Shown in pieces: positions 63,800 to 64,000 of a stretch of 64,000 nucleotides of DNA. Position 1 is the stretch's first letter, and every line of letters begins with the position of its first letter. The notes beneath the pieces were generated by a model. It was not told the DNA's origin. It worked only from the letters and a program-made list of their open reading frames with translations, and searched no databases. The stretch lies in assembly GCF_018977255.1 (NCBI RefSeq), contig NW_024704745.1:13392001-13456000 (forward strand), given 5' to 3'. Both the position numbers and the translations under genes were made by a program. The DNA comes from Callorhinchus milii. Lineage: Eukaryota.

Positions 63800-64000
63800 A
63801 ATAATAATAAATATAATAATAATCCTTGCATTTGATATAGCGCTTTTCATGTCTTCTCGACGTCTCAAAGCGCTTCAAAGGATAGACTGTAAAGTGAATT
63901 GACCGTATATTTGTGGGCAAAACGCAGCAGCCAATTGCGCATAGCAGTGTCCCACAAACAGTCTTGGATTGAAAATGACCGATTTATTATTGTTTTGTTT
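63800..64000 (-). mobile_element. Family A SINE running off the window end
   Basis: (taa)n-tccttgcatttgatatagcgcttttc...cagcagtgtcccacaaacagtc. Confidence 0.9.

Noticed and set aside
1-64000. CRISPR array, rRNA, prokaryotic operon, intact transposase or retroviral ORF
   Set aside because: Recurrent motifs are dispersed SINE/LINE ends at irregular spacing; no long ORF or diagnostic motif for these classes was seen.

Overview
AT-rich vertebrate genomic DNA, most likely a cartilaginous fish and possibly a chimaera (inferred only from the repeat complement: tRNA-Ala SINEs with L2 tails, Deu-type SINEs, L2 and CR1 LINEs). The only protein-coding gene I can support is the 3' part of GTF2E1 (TFIIE alpha) on the + strand: three coding exons at 8795-8996, 11669-11898 and 12998-13407. 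The first coding exon is not visible and should lie upstream of the window. The remaining ~50 kb looks like 3' UTR followed by intergenic DNA dense in retroposon debris. Most listed ORFs are LINE fragments, SINE read-throughs or chance. Best leads: (1) inverted L2 copies tightly flanking a frame-symmetric 432-nt exon pair (circRNA / stop-less circle candidate); (2) a mosaic SINE whose 3' stem-loop loop sequence matches the local L2 in its youngest-looking copies; (3) a 68-nt near-perfect hairpin in one copy of an unclassified repeat; (4) a perfect 151-bp tandem duplication; (5) weak exon-like segments on the minus strand. I see no convincing new biological system. Repeat boundaries were read by eye and are approximate.
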